Assembly (NCBI GenBank): GCA_963695225.1
Contig: OY968762.1
Span: 352,001-416,000, forward strand
Reading direction: 5' to 3'
Source: Vulcanimicrobiota bacterium
GTDB taxonomy: Bacteria > Vulcanimicrobiota > Vulcanimicrobiia > Vulcanimicrobiales > Vulcanimicrobiaceae
DNA length: 64,000 nt
Shown here: positions 1-12,877 of the stretch, in pieces
Numbering within the stretch: the stretch's first letter is position 1
Layout: every line of letters starts with the position of its first letter
Translations under genes and position numbers: made by a program
Notes under the pieces: generated by a model
Database searches by the model: none
Told to the model about the DNA's origin: nothing
What the model saw: the letters and a program-made list of their open reading frames with translations, nothing else

Positions 1-329
1 CGGCGCCGGAGGCTTGCGAGCTGTTCGGGAGTGACATGCGAAGGCGTGGGCTGAACGCGCTTCAACGAGACGCTCGTGACGTGATGGGCGAGCGCCCAGG
101 AGGTGCCCTCCACTCCGTTCTGCGGCGTCGGATCGATGCGCTCCGCGAACGCGGGAAAGGCGAGCCCCTCGTCGCGGGTGAGCGGCACCACGAGCAAGTT
201 CGGGTAGGCGCCCGGGAAGAGCTCGCTATCCTCCACGACGACGCTCGGCCGGATCTTCGAGGGTTCGCGCGGGACGGCGCCGGCGCGCCAGTCGACGAGG
301 ACGATCGCGCCTGCCGCGGGCCGGCTCAC
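1..329 (-). CDS. PemK/MazF-family toxin, 3' end outside window; missing from the ORF track
   Basis: Manual translation from GTG at 329 (GTGA overlap with antitoxin stop): MSRPAAGAIVLVDWRAGAVPREPSKIRPSVVVEDSELFPGAYPNLLVVPLTR...; the EPxKxRPxVV and VVPLT motifs are typical of PemK/MazF. Confidence 0.8.
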   Translation of the reverse strand, partial: MSRPAAGAIVLVDWRAGAVPREPSKIRPSVVVEDSELFPGAYPNLLVVPLTRDEGLAFPAFAERIDPTPQNGVEGTSWALAHHVTSVSLKRVQPTPSHVTPEQLASLRR

Positions 330-568
330 GGCAAGTCGCCGACGGGCGTCCCGTATTCCTCAAGCTCAGCAGCGGCAGCGGCCCCGGCGGCCAGGTACGA
401 GACCACCCGCTCTCCGCCGGCTCGGATCGCCGCCCGCCGCAGACGCCTGGCTTCAGCCTCCGCAAGATCGCGCACGAACGAACTCAGCCCGACGCCCTGG
501 GCGCGGGCTGCAGCCTCGAGGGTCTCACGGTCACGGTCTTCCAGCCGGATCGTCAATGTCGCAGCCAT
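326..568 (-). CDS. Ribbon-helix-helix type antitoxin
   Basis: 80 aa, N-terminal TLTIRLEDRDRETLEAAARAQGVGLSSFVR RHH pattern; coupled to the downstream toxin. Confidence 0.75.
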   Translation of the reverse strand: MAATLTIRLEDRDRETLEAAARAQGVGLSSFVRDLAEAEARRLRRAAIRAGGERVVSYLAAGAAAAAELEEYGTPVGDLP

Positions 569-574
569 GCCATT

Positions 575-583
575 AGTGTATCA
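575..583 (-). promoter_or_regulatory. Extended -10 (TG-a-TACACT), probably a leaderless transcript
   Basis: TACACT lies 6 nt before the ATG at 568; no SD. Confidence 0.6.
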
Positions 584-716
584 CAAGCGCGTGTTCGATA
601 GCGTGGTACGATGACGTACGCCGACCGGAACTGGCCGGCGAAGCGGTGGGCAAATCGAAGGCTGAGCGCCCAAGTGGCGCTCGGCCAGGCGATTGCAGCC
701 CGTGCCCGGCGTCGTA

Positions 717-771
717 GCGGCGCCGGATCGGTGCGTTCCGCGAACGCGGGGAAGGAGAGCCCCTCGTCGCG
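717..771 (-). pseudogene. Fragment of a second copy of the MazF-like toxin gene
   Basis: 55 bp matching 122-176 at 50/55 positions; encodes RDEGLSFPAFAERTDP versus RDEGLAFPAFAERIDP. Confidence 0.75.
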
Positions 772-797
772 CGGAGCGGCCTTGCGCGCTTTTCCGT

Positions 798-1109
798 TCA
801 GGTTTCGATGTGGCCGTTCTCGAGCGTCCCGGTGAGCAGCCGGTACACCATGACGAAGTCGCCCTTGAAGCTGTTGAGCGGATCCTCGAACGTCTTGGGC
901 TGGTTCTTCTCGAAAATCCAGTGCGAGGCGAACGCTGGTAGGTAACCGAGCGCGAGCGCCGGGAAAATCCATTTCGGCCGGCCCGTGAGCAGGCCGGTGA
1001 GCCCGACGGTCAAGCCGCTGAGGAGCCCGACCGCGTGGACCGCGCGCGTCCGCGGATCGGAGTGCGCCGCCAAATATTCGGGATAGAATTCTTCGAACGT
1101 CATCGGCAT
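798..1109 (-). CDS. DUF962/Mpo1-like small membrane protein
   Basis: FEEFYPEYLAAHSDPRTRAVH...SHWIFEKNQPKTFEDP family motifs. Confidence 0.8.
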   Translation of the reverse strand: MPMTFEEFYPEYLAAHSDPRTRAVHAVGLLSGLTVGLTGLLTGRPKWIFPALALGYLPAFASHWIFEKNQPKTFEDPLNSFKGDFVMVYRLLTGTLENGHIET

Positions 1110-1193
1110 AGCTTCGCCGGCCGCGCGCGCGAGGTTCCCGCGGGCGCGAGCCGCGAGGGCGCGGCGGCGTTGGTGACGCGCGCGGGCACGTTT

Positions 1194-1631
1194 TTAACGA
1201 GCGGCGCCGGCCTTCAGGCGCTTGAGAACGTCGAGCATCGCCGGCGAGATATCGGTGTGATGATGCACGATCTTCCATGATCCGGCTTCGCGGCGATAGA
1301 CGTTCGTTACGCGTTGCGCGATCGCCACGTTCTCGCCGGCGAACTCGGCCTGCCCTTGCTCCATCCCGACCTCGTACGCGATATCGCCGCCGACCTGGAT
1401 ACGTTGATCCTTCAAGTCGACGTGACCGTTCGAAGCGATCTTCGCGACTTGCTCGAACGACGTCCGCACGTCGTCCCAGCCCACCTCGCGGCCGCCGATC
1501 GGGTGCATCGTGGTGACCTCTGCGTCGTGCGCCCAGACCTCTCCGAGCGAAGTGGTGTCGCTATGGAGCATACGGTTCAGCGCTGCGTAGAATCGACGCG
1601 ATGCCTCGCGGACTTCTTCATGTGCCGACAT
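1194..1631 (-). CDS. SnoaL/NTF2-like (DUF4440) protein
   Basis: FYAALN...HPIGGREVGW...RVTNVYRREAGSWKIVHHH. Confidence 0.8.
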   Translation of the reverse strand: MSAHEEVREASRRFYAALNRMLHSDTTSLGEVWAHDAEVTTMHPIGGREVGWDDVRTSFEQVAKIASNGHVDLKDQRIQVGGDIAYEVGMEQGQAEFAGENVAIAQRVTNVYRREAGSWKIVHHHTDISPAMLDVLKRLKAGAAR

Positions 1632-1886
1632 GTGTGTCGCTCCTTACGGCCGTGGGGTTTGTTTATTGGATTGCGTGAGGAGCGGCGCGTTCCACGAAGC
1701 GGCAGGGGCGTTCCTAGGAACGGCGCCTAGCGGTCGATTGGTCCTAACCCCCGCTCCGTTCCCGGCATGACCGAAGGATTGGCTTTCTGTGCCATGAGGC
1801 CAGCGCACCGTTGTGGCCAAGATGCGCCGAAACGCGAGATGTCATAGCGTGCCGCTCCTCGGCGCATCGGGCCTCGCGGCCTAGCT

Positions 1887-3521
1887 TCACGCGGGGATGC
1901 GCGGTTCCTCGGCGGCGAAGGTTTCCTCGTCGGGCGACGGCGCGCGCGGGAGAGCGAAGTCTTCCGCGATCAATCGCGCGGTCATCTTCGCCGACATCAT
2001 GACCGCAGGCGTGCCGCCGCCGGGCTGCGTGTTTGCGCCGACGAGATAGAGGTTTGCAACGTCCTCGCTCCGATTGTGCGGGCGGAAGAAGGCGGATTGC
2101 AGCAGGCGCGGCTCGAGCCCGAACGCGTTGCCGAGCCGGCTGTTCAGCGTGCGCTCGAAATAGTCGGGCGTGAGGAAGCTCCGAAACACGAGGCGTTCGC
2201 GCAGGCGCGGAATGTAGCCGCGCTCGTCGAGGAGCGTGAGGATGCGCTCCGCGTACGGATCGCCGGTGCGTCCCCAGTCGATGCCGCTCCCGTTGTGCGG
2301 CACGGCGACGAGCGTATATGCGGCGTGATGCCCCGGTGGGGCCAAACTCGGATCGGTCAGCGTCGGGACGTGGAAGTACTGCAGCGGTTCGTCGCTGAGA
2401 ACCTTGCGATCGAAGACGGCGCGCAGCTGCTCCACGTAGTTCCCGTCGAAGATCATGTTGTGGTGGCGCAAGTGCTCGGCGTCGCCGGGCTCGGCGCGAA
2501 AACCGAAATAGACGACGAGCAGTGATATCGAAGGCTCCGTCCGCTTCACGCGCGCGTCCGAATGGCGGCGCCGGTGCGCGCCGTCGATGAGGCCGTACGT
2601 GGCCGCATAGTCGCCGTTGGAGACGATCGCATCCGCCTGCAGGCGGCGTCCGTCGGCCAGGACGACGCCGCGCGCCCGCGGCTTTCTCCCGGCGGCGACG
2701 TCGATTCGCACGACCTCGCTCGAATGATGCAGCGTACCGCCGAGTTCCGTGAACTTGCGCACGAAGCCTCGCACGAGCGCGCCCGTGCCACCCATCGCGA
2801 AATGCACGCCCCAGGTCTTTTCGGCGAAGTGGATCATCGCGTAGGTCGCGGGGACGCGCAGCGGATTCCCGCCGACGAGCAAGGATTCGAAGCTGAACGC
2901 CGCGCGCAGTTTCTCGTCGCGCATATACTGCGAGACGAAGCCGTAGAGTGACTGCGTCGCGCGCACGCGGCCGAGATCGGGGAGGACGCGCAGCATCGAT
3001 CCGGCGCTCCCGAAATGCGTGTGGCCGAGTTCGAGAAACGCCCGTTCGAAGATGATTCGCGCTGCCGCAAGGAAGCGCTCGTAGCCCGGGAGGTCGCGGG
3101 GTGAGGTGCGGGCGATCCAGGCGCGCGTGCGCGCCGCATCGCCGTCGAAATCGAAGAACGTGCCGTCGCCGAAGTGGATGCGGTAGAACGGCAGAACGGG
3201 AACGATCTTCACGTAGCGCGAGCTCGCAGGGCCGCCGCTCACGCCTTCCGTGATCCGCCGCGCCGCGCCGAGCGACTTGGGAAAATCCGGCCGTTCGAGC
3301 CACGGCGAGCCACGCTCCAAGGCAAAGAGTTCTTCGATCAGATGCGGCACCGTCAGCACCGTCGGCCCCATGTCGAAGGTGAAGCCGTCCGCGCGCAGCA
3401 CGCCGGCGCGGCCGCCGGCATACGGCTGCTTCTCGACGATCGTCGTTTGTACGCCGAGGCTTTGGAGGCGAATGCCGAGTGCGAGCCCGCCGATTCCGGC
3501 GCCGATGACGATCGCTTTCAT
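1887..3521 (-). CDS. crtI: Phytoene desaturase (CrtI family)
   Basis: Start at [14 protein letters not shown] (FAD-binding motif); [10 protein letters not shown]-terminal [18 protein letters not shown]. Confidence 0.85.
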   Translation of the reverse strand: MKAIVIGAGIGGLALGIRLQSLGVQTTIVEKQPYAGGRAGVLRADGFTFDMGPTVLTVPHLIEELFALERGSPWLERPDFPKSLGAARRITEGVSGGPASSRYVKIVPVLPFYRIHFGDGTFFDFDGDAARTRAWIARTSPRDLPGYERFLAAARIIFERAFLELGHTHFGSAGSMLRVLPDLGRVRATQSLYGFVSQYMRDEKLRAAFSFESLLVGGNPLRVPATYAMIHFAEKTWGVHFAMGGTGALVRGFVRKFTELGGTLHHSSEVVRIDVAAGRKPRARGVVLADGRRLQADAIVSNGDYAATYGLIDGAHRRRHSDARVKRTEPSISLLVVYFGFRAEPGDAEHLRHHNMIFDGNYVEQLRAVFDRKVLSDEPLQYFHVPTLTDPSLAPPGHHAAYTLVAVPHNGSGIDWGRTGDPYAERILTLLDERGYIPRLRERLVFRSFLTPDYFERTLNSRLGNAFGLEPRLLQSAFFRPHNRSEDVANLYLVGANTQPGGGTPAVMMSAKMTARLIAEDFALPRAPSPDEETFAAEEPRIPA

Positions 3522-3702
3522 TTTTGATTTGCGCTCACGGCCGCTTAGATGTGCGCTCGCCGCGCTCGGTTCCGTCGTTGAGCAAACGTTCGCAGCGCTG
3601 CGCATCGCCGGCGTCGTGCCTCTTTCGCGCAACGGCATACGGCGCGATGAGTGAGCCGGACCCCATGATGCAATCCTGCGGCAGGCGAGGTATGATCCCG
3701 GC

Positions 3703-4269
3703 ATGTCTATCGCCGTCGAGCGGCTCCATCGCATCACCACCGACGTGTACGAGCGCATGGCCGCGAGCGGCCTGTTGCCGGAACGCGGCGTCGAACTCGT
3801 GGACGGCCTCGTCGTCGAGATGAGCCCGAAGGGCGCCCGGCACGCTTATGCCGTCGACAGCCTCAACGCGCAGTTCGGCGACCAGCGGCGGGGGCGCTAC
3901 GTCGTCAGCGCGGACAGCCTGAGTCTTCGTCTCGGCCCGCGCGATGAACCGGAGCCCGATATTGCGCTAGCTCGCACGACCCGAAGCTACGCGCGCGAAT
4001 CGCCGCGGCCCGAAGAGATCGCGCTGATCGTGGAGGTTGCCGATTCGTCTCTCGCGTTCGATCTGGGCGAGAAACGCGCGAAGTATGCGGGCGCCGGGAT
4101 CCCGGAGTACTGGGTCGTCGACTTGCAGGACGATGCCGTCCACGTGTTTCGGAATCCGCATGGCGAGGTCTACCTCGATCGCCATGCAGCGAAGCCGGGC
4201 GACGTCATCTCGCCGGCCGAGTACCCGGAGGTCGTCGTCGAGGTCGCGCTCGTCGTCGGGAACCTTTGA
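3703..4269 (+). CDS. Uma2-family (DUF820) endonuclease
   Basis: [46 protein letters not shown] at 3691-3696 lies 6 nt before the ATG. Confidence 0.9.
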   Translation: MSIAVERLHRITTDVYERMAASGLLPERGVELVDGLVVEMSPKGARHAYAVDSLNAQFGDQRRGRYVVSADSLSLRLGPRDEPEPDIALARTTRSYARESPRPEEIALIVEVADSSLAFDLGEKRAKYAGAGIPEYWVVDLQDDAVHVFRNPHGEVYLDRHAAKPGDVISPAEYPEVVVEVALVVGNL

Positions 4270-4401
4270 CGAGGCATTCGGGCGGGCAAGTGCCTGGAGA
4301 ATCACCGCACCGGCGCCGACCGTGCCGCCGGTGAGAGCAATGTCGTCTTCGGGGGATCGGATGCTTGCCTGGCGTGTGTCATTTGGCGTACAGTACCAGC
4401 T

Positions 4402-4692
4402 ATGGCACCATCGAAGACCGGGCAGGCGCGGGTCGATTTTCGGGTTCCCGCGAGCGTCAAGGCGCGATTTCTCGAGGCGGCCGCCTATGAGACCGGCGGC
4501 GATCTCAGCGCGTTCTTGATCGCTGCAGCGTTGGAGCGCGCCGATCGCGTCCTTGCCCGGCGCGAAGTGCTGCAGATCGACGACTCGATGCGCGAGCGGT
4601 TCTACTCGGCGATGCTTGCGCCGCCGATCCCCAGCGAAGCGCTGCGGCAGTTTATCGCCGAAGAAGACGAGCGACTGCGGATCGTTGAGTAA
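4402..4692 (+). CDS. DUF1778 (TacA/AtaR-like) antitoxin
   Basis: RVDFRV...LSAFLIAAALERADRVL...PSEALR; directly upstream of a GNAT gene; TTGCCT-18-TACAGT promoter at 4365-4394. Confidence 0.85.
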   Translation: MAPSKTGQARVDFRVPASVKARFLEAAAYETGGDLSAFLIAAALERADRVLARREVLQIDDSMRERFYSAMLAPPIPSEALRQFIAEEDERLRIVE

Positions 4693-5254
4693 GGCAGCCA
4701 AAGCGATTCGCATCGAGCCCCTGGGTCGGCAGCACGATCGAGGGGCTTTCGATTGCGGGGAACCGTCGGTGACGCGCCACCTCCAGACGGTCGCGCTGCA
4801 AGCCCAAGAGACGATGCGGGCCGCGACGAGAGTCGCGACCTCGGAGGACTCTTGCGAGCGGATCCTCGGGTACTGCACGCTGGTCGCGATCAAGATCGTC
4901 GATGCCGAACTGCCCGCGGATCTCGCCGGGCGTTTCAAATTGCGAAACCTCGCGAGCGGGGCCCCCGCGATTCTCCTCGCGCAACTTGGGGTCGACCGCT
5001 GCTGCACCGGCATCGGCCTCGGAAGGCTCCTGCTGCGCCAGGCGATGCGCCAAGCGGTCAGCGGCTCCATCGAGGTCGGCGGCGTCGCGCTGATCGTCGA
5101 TGCCCTCAACCCCTGCGTGGCCGCCTGGTACGCCGGGGTCGTGCCGGATTTTCGCCCGCTCGCCGACGACGGACCGCGGCTAATCTTGCCGATGCGGACG
5201 CTCGTGGCCGCCCTGGGGCCCTCCCCGCCCCCCGCAGCCCTTGACCGCGGTTGA
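4685..5254 (+). CDS. GNAT acetyltransferase toxin (TacT/AtaT-like)
   Basis: TTG start overlapping the antitoxin end; HDRGAFDCGEPS, LLAQLGVD..G.G.G, IVDALN. Confidence 0.85.
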   Translation: MSKAAKAIRIEPLGRQHDRGAFDCGEPSVTRHLQTVALQAQETMRAATRVATSEDSCERILGYCTLVAIKIVDAELPADLAGRFKLRNLASGAPAILLAQLGVDRCCTGIGLGRLLLRQAMRQAVSGSIEVGGVALIVDALNPCVAAWYAGVVPDFRPLADDGPRLILPMRTLVAALGPSPPPAALDRG

Positions 5255-5269
5255 CGGACCCTCTATAAT
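5241..5269 (+). promoter_or_regulatory. Sigma70-type promoter for rpoC
   Basis: TTGACC-17 bp-TATAAT; the -35 lies inside the 3' end of the GNAT gene. Confidence 0.8.
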
Positions 5270-5464
5270 AGCCGTCTATGCCCCTCGGTCGAAAATAAAG
5301 TAGCAAGCGGTCTATCCCGGCGGATGGCCGCTCGTTTTGCTTTCGGTGGTTCGGACTCCCTCGCGCCCGGCCTGCATGCCCGGCACGCGGCCCGAACCAA
5401 ATGACCCGGACATATCGGCGCGGCGCCGCTCGCCGTGCGTCAGATCATAAGGAAACCACATAAC

Positions 5465-9232
<3,768 letters not shown>

Positions 9233-9239
9233 CAGGCGA

Positions 9240-9270
9240 CGGCGCCCGCATCGCGACGATGCGGGCGCCG
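9240..9270. terminator. 14-bp-stem hairpin between convergent rpoC and peptidase genes
   Basis: CGGCGCCCGCATCG-cga-CGATGCGGGCGCCG; no U-tract. Confidence 0.55.
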
Positions 9271-9275
9271 CTCCG

Positions 9276-11333
9276 TCAGACGCCCTCGAGCACGTGCAGC
9301 AGGAACGCTAGGTCGTCGGCTGCGTCGGCGATCAGCTTGCTCGTCGGCTTGCCGGCCCCGTGCCCGCCGCGCATCTCGACCCGTAACAAGATCGGGGCGG
9401 GCCCGCTCTGCGCCGCTTGCAGCGCGGCGGCGAACTTGAAGCTGTGCGCGGGATAGACGCGATCGTCGCGTTCCGCCGTCGTGATCAGCGTCGCGGGGTA
9501 CGCCTGCCCCGGTTTGACGTTGTGGAGCGGGGAATAGGCGTAGAGCGTTTGGAATTCGGCTTCGCTCGTATCCGCCGCGCCGTATTCGGGGATCCACGCG
9601 TGTCCGATCGTGAAGTGGTGGAAGCGGAGCATGTCCATCACGCCGACGGCCGGCATCGCGGCGCCGAAAAGCTCGGGGCGCTGCGTGAGGACCGCGCCGA
9701 CGAGCAGGCCGCCGTTGCTCCCGCCCGCGATCGCGAGTTTTTCCGCCGACGTGTACCCCTCGGCGATCAGGTGCTCGGCGCAGGCGATGAAGTCGTCGAA
9801 GACGTTCTGCTTGCGATGCAGGATCCCGGCCTGATGCCAATCCTCGCCGTATTCCGCGCCCCCTCGCAAGTTGGCGACGACGAACACGCCGCCGCGTTCG
9901 AGCCACGCGATCCGCGCCGGCGAGAACGACGGCGTCAGCGAGATGTTGAACCCGCCGTAGCCGTAGAGGATCGTCTTCGCGTTCCCGTCGCGCGGCAGAT
10001 CGCGCCGGTGCGTGACGAACATCGGAACGCGCGTGCCGTCCTTGCTCGTCGCGAACGTCTGATCCGTCACGAACAGCGAGGGATCGAAGGCGACCTGCGG
10101 GGCCGTGACCGGGAAGCTCTCCCCGCTCTCGATATCGTACCGCAGCACGCGCGAGGGCGTCGTGAAGCTCGCGAACGTGTAGAAGGCGTCGCGATCCTCG
10201 CGTTCGCCGTCGAACCCGCTCGCCGCGCCGATGCCCGGCAGCTCCACGTCGCGTTCGAAGCGGCCCTCGAGATCGAAGACGCGAATCTTCGTCGCCGCGT
10301 CCGAGAGGTAGTGCGCGAACAGCCGCCCGCCCGCGCTCGTCGTCCCTTCGAGCGCCATCTCGTCCTCGGCGACGATCTCCACGAGCTTCTCGGGAAAGGC
10401 CGGATCGACGGCGACGATCCGCCCGCGCGGCGCGTCGCGATCCGTTTGAAAGTACCAGCGCGAACCGTCGCTCTCGACGAAGCTGTACGCCGCGTCGCCT
10501 TCCGCGAAGAGCGGGCGCACCGTCCACGGGCGCTCGTCGAGCGCAATGTAGAACGTGCGGTTGCGCGGATCCGTCCCTTCGCGCGCGTCGACGATGCACC
10601 AGCGGCCGTCATTCGTGACCTGCGCGAAGAAGTTCCAAGTCGGCTCGTCCGGGCGTGCGTAGACGAGGACGTCCTCCGCTTGCGCCGTACCGAGCCGATG
10701 GAAGTATAACTTGTGCTCGCGATTCGCCGCTCTCAGCGCTTCGTGCGGCTGCGGCGGATCGAATGCGGAGTAGAAGAAGCCGGAGGAATCCCCGAGCCAC
10801 GCCGCGCTCGAAAACTTGCTCCAGGCGATGGAATCGGGGAGGTCGACGGCCGTGCGCACGTCCCGTACGCGCCAGGTCAGCCAATCGCTGCCGCCGTCCT
10901 GCGTCCCGTACGCGAGCAAGTTTCCGTCGTGGCTGACGCTGAACGCGCCGAGCGAGACCGTCCCGTCGCCGGAGAACGCGTTCGGATCGAGGAGCGTGCG
11001 CGCCGCCGCCTCCGGCGCATCCGTCACGTAGAGCACGGATTGCTGCTGCAATCCCGAATTGCGGAGTTGGAAGCGGCGCCCGCCCTTGCGGAACGGCTCT
11101 CCGATGCGCTCGTAGTTCCACAATTCGGCGACGCGCGCGCGCAGGCTCGCGCGATCCGGCAGCGAGCGGAGGAAGGATTCGGTGAGCGCGGCCTGCGCCT
11201 CGAGCCAGGCGGTCGTCTCCGGAGCGTCGAGGTCTTCGAGGCTTCGATACGGATCGCCGACGAGCGTTCCGAAATAGTTCTCTACGACGTCGCTCGCGGG
11301 CGCCGGGGGATAGAGGAAGCTCGGTTTCAGCAG
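9276..11333 (-). CDS. Prolyl oligopeptidase (S9A); probable CTG start
   Basis: GGSNGG catalytic Ser, DDRV and GGHG motifs; family-like N-terminus (YPP..DVVENYFGTLVGDPYRSLED) extends 70 codons beyond the ORF-track start. Confidence 0.9.
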   Translation of the reverse strand: MLKPSFLYPPAPASDVVENYFGTLVGDPYRSLEDLDAPETTAWLEAQAALTESFLRSLPDRASLRARVAELWNYERIGEPFRKGGRRFQLRNSGLQQQSVLYVTDAPEAAARTLLDPNAFSGDGTVSLGAFSVSHDGNLLAYGTQDGGSDWLTWRVRDVRTAVDLPDSIAWSKFSSAAWLGDSSGFFYSAFDPPQPHEALRAANREHKLYFHRLGTAQAEDVLVYARPDEPTWNFFAQVTNDGRWCIVDAREGTDPRNRTFYIALDERPWTVRPLFAEGDAAYSFVESDGSRWYFQTDRDAPRGRIVAVDPAFPEKLVEIVAEDEMALEGTTSAGGRLFAHYLSDAATKIRVFDLEGRFERDVELPGIGAASGFDGEREDRDAFYTFASFTTPSRVLRYDIESGESFPVTAPQVAFDPSLFVTDQTFATSKDGTRVPMFVTHRRDLPRDGNAKTILYGYGGFNISLTPSFSPARIAWLERGGVFVVANLRGGAEYGEDWHQAGILHRKQNVFDDFIACAEHLIAEGYTSAEKLAIAGGSNGGLLVGAVLTQRPELFGAAMPAVGVMDMLRFHHFTIGHAWIPEYGAADTSEAEFQTLYAYSPLHNVKPGQAYPATLITTAERDDRVYPAHSFKFAAALQAAQSGPAPILLRVEMRGGHGAGKPTSKLIADAADDLAFLLHVLEGV

Positions 11334-11451
11334 GGCGTCTCCTGATCGGCGAAGAGTCGCGGACCTCGCAAGACGGTTCCGATGCGAGCCCCATCCCGCC
11401 TGCCGAACGCAGGCTCCCCGCCGCGTCGTCCCGGCCCTCCCCGCCGCCCCG

Positions 11452-11976
11452 TCACGCCGGGCCCGGCGAAGTGCGAGCTTGCCGATCCTCTTCCCGGGCG
11501 AGGGCGACCATCTCGCGCATGCGGGGATGATCCCCCGGAACCGTTCGCTCCCATTCCTCGAACGGCGGCACCTCTTCGCGGATCAGGAAGAGCAGATAGT
11601 ACGCGCTCACCTCTCCGAGAAACCGGAAGCGCCGTTTCAAATCGGCGCTGCGCTGCGCATACGAAGGAAAAGCGCGCACGTAGGCGGCGAAGCTCCCGTG
11701 TTCGCGTTCGAGCGCGAGCAGCTCGCGCGCGTTTTCAACCGTCGCCGCGATTTTCTTGCGCGTCCGCACGATCGCAGGGTCGGCCGAGATGCGCTCGACG
11801 TCGGCCTCGCCGAACGCGGCGACGCGCGCGGGATCGAAGCCCTCGAAGAGCCGTTCGTACGCGGGCCACTTCGATTCGATCAGCCTCCAACTCACGCCGG
11901 CTTGGAAGATCGCGCGTGACATGATCCGCAAGACGTCCGCAAGCGAGGCCGCCGCGATGCGGCGCGGGATCGCGAT
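11452..11976 (-). CDS. DNA-3-methyladenine glycosylase I-like protein; possible ATC start (TTG 11931 is the ORF-track start)
   Basis: IFQAGVSWRLIESKW, FEGFDP, IVRTRKKIAATVENA, RFRFLG. Confidence 0.75.
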   Translation of the reverse strand: MAIPRRIAAASLADVLRIMSRAIFQAGVSWRLIESKWPAYERLFEGFDPARVAAFGEADVERISADPAIVRTRKKIAATVENARELLALEREHGSFAAYVRAFPSYAQRSADLKRRFRFLGEVSAYYLLFLIREEVPPFEEWERTVPGDHPRMREMVALAREEDRQARTSPGPA

Positions 11977-11980
11977 CGGA

Positions 11981-12877
11981 TCAGCCTCCGCCCGAGGGTT
12001 CCGGGCTCGCGTGGCGCGGCGCCGCCGGCAGAGCGGACGCCGCTTCCGGCGCCCGCGGCGGCCGTGCGGGGAAGAACGCGAGCGCCGCGGGGAACAAACT
12101 CAGCCCGATCGCGGCGACCGCCGTCTCCCAGAGGCCGACGGAGACGCTCAGAACCATCGCCCAGATCACGTTCCCCGCGTACACGATGAACGGAAACCAC
12201 GCCGCCGTCGAACGCAGGTCGTAGTCCCGGCGCCACGCGAGCCGGCCGATTCCGATGAACAGCAGCCCCGTGCCGAACCAGCCCACGAAATTGCGCAGCG
12301 GCATGCCGAAATACGCTCCGTGCTCGTGCCAGGTCCAGAAGTGGACCGAGGTCATGCGCGGGCTCGCCATCGCCGGATCGAGGACGAGATCCCACGCCGT
12401 CAGCAGCCACGCGCCGAAGATGATGCCGAGCGCGGTCGCCGCCTTGAGCCCGCGGGCCTGCGCGATCTTGGTGCCGAGCAGAAACGCCGCGAAGCCCATG
12501 TAGAACCACGAAAGCGGGATCGTGTACGGCACGCGCCCGAGCAGCTTGTAGCCCAGGAAATCCGCGTACTCGTAGCCGCCGAACGGCCATCCGGTCTTCG
12601 TCCCCGTCAACTCCGCCGCCGCCGAGATCGTCGTCGCCGCGATGAAGAACAGCAGCGTCGCGCGCGCTCCGATCACGTGCACGCCGAACGCGAGCATCGC
12701 GAGCGTCCCGGTCCAGATGTCGATCGCCCCGATGTTCTGGATCGACCACACGTAGACGGCTGCCGAAGTGGGATCGGCGGCGAACTGCGCGGGGTGCTGC
12801 ATCGCAAATGTGATGCCGAAGATCGCCACGACCTTCACGATGACGTGGAGCGCGAAGAAGAAGACCGCTGCCGTCAT
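11981..12877 (-). CDS. cruF: Carotenoid biosynthesis membrane protein (CruF-like 1,2-hydratase)
   Basis: ELTGTKTGWPFGGYEY, VPYTIPLSWF, WDLVLDP, YFGMPLRNFVGWF. Confidence 0.8.
   Translation of the reverse strand: MTAAVFFFALHVIVKVVAIFGITFAMQHPAQFAADPTSAAVYVWSIQNIGAIDIWTGTLAMLAFGVHVIGARATLLFFIAATTISAAAELTGTKTGWPFGGYEYADFLGYKLLGRVPYTIPLSWFYMGFAAFLLGTKIAQARGLKAATALGIIFGAWLLTAWDLVLDPAMASPRMTSVHFWTWHEHGAYFGMPLRNFVGWFGTGLLFIGIGRLAWRRDYDLRSTAAWFPFIVYAGNVIWAMVLSVSVGLWETAVAAIGLSLFPAALAFFPARPPRAPEAASALPAAPRHASPEPSGGG

Noticed and set aside
3522..3758. ORF-track N-terminal extensions (crtI; also rplC 34245, rpsK 47637, TetR 27211, trpC 52380)
   Set aside because: Artefacts of choosing the first start codon; family N-termini and SD sites place the starts downstream.
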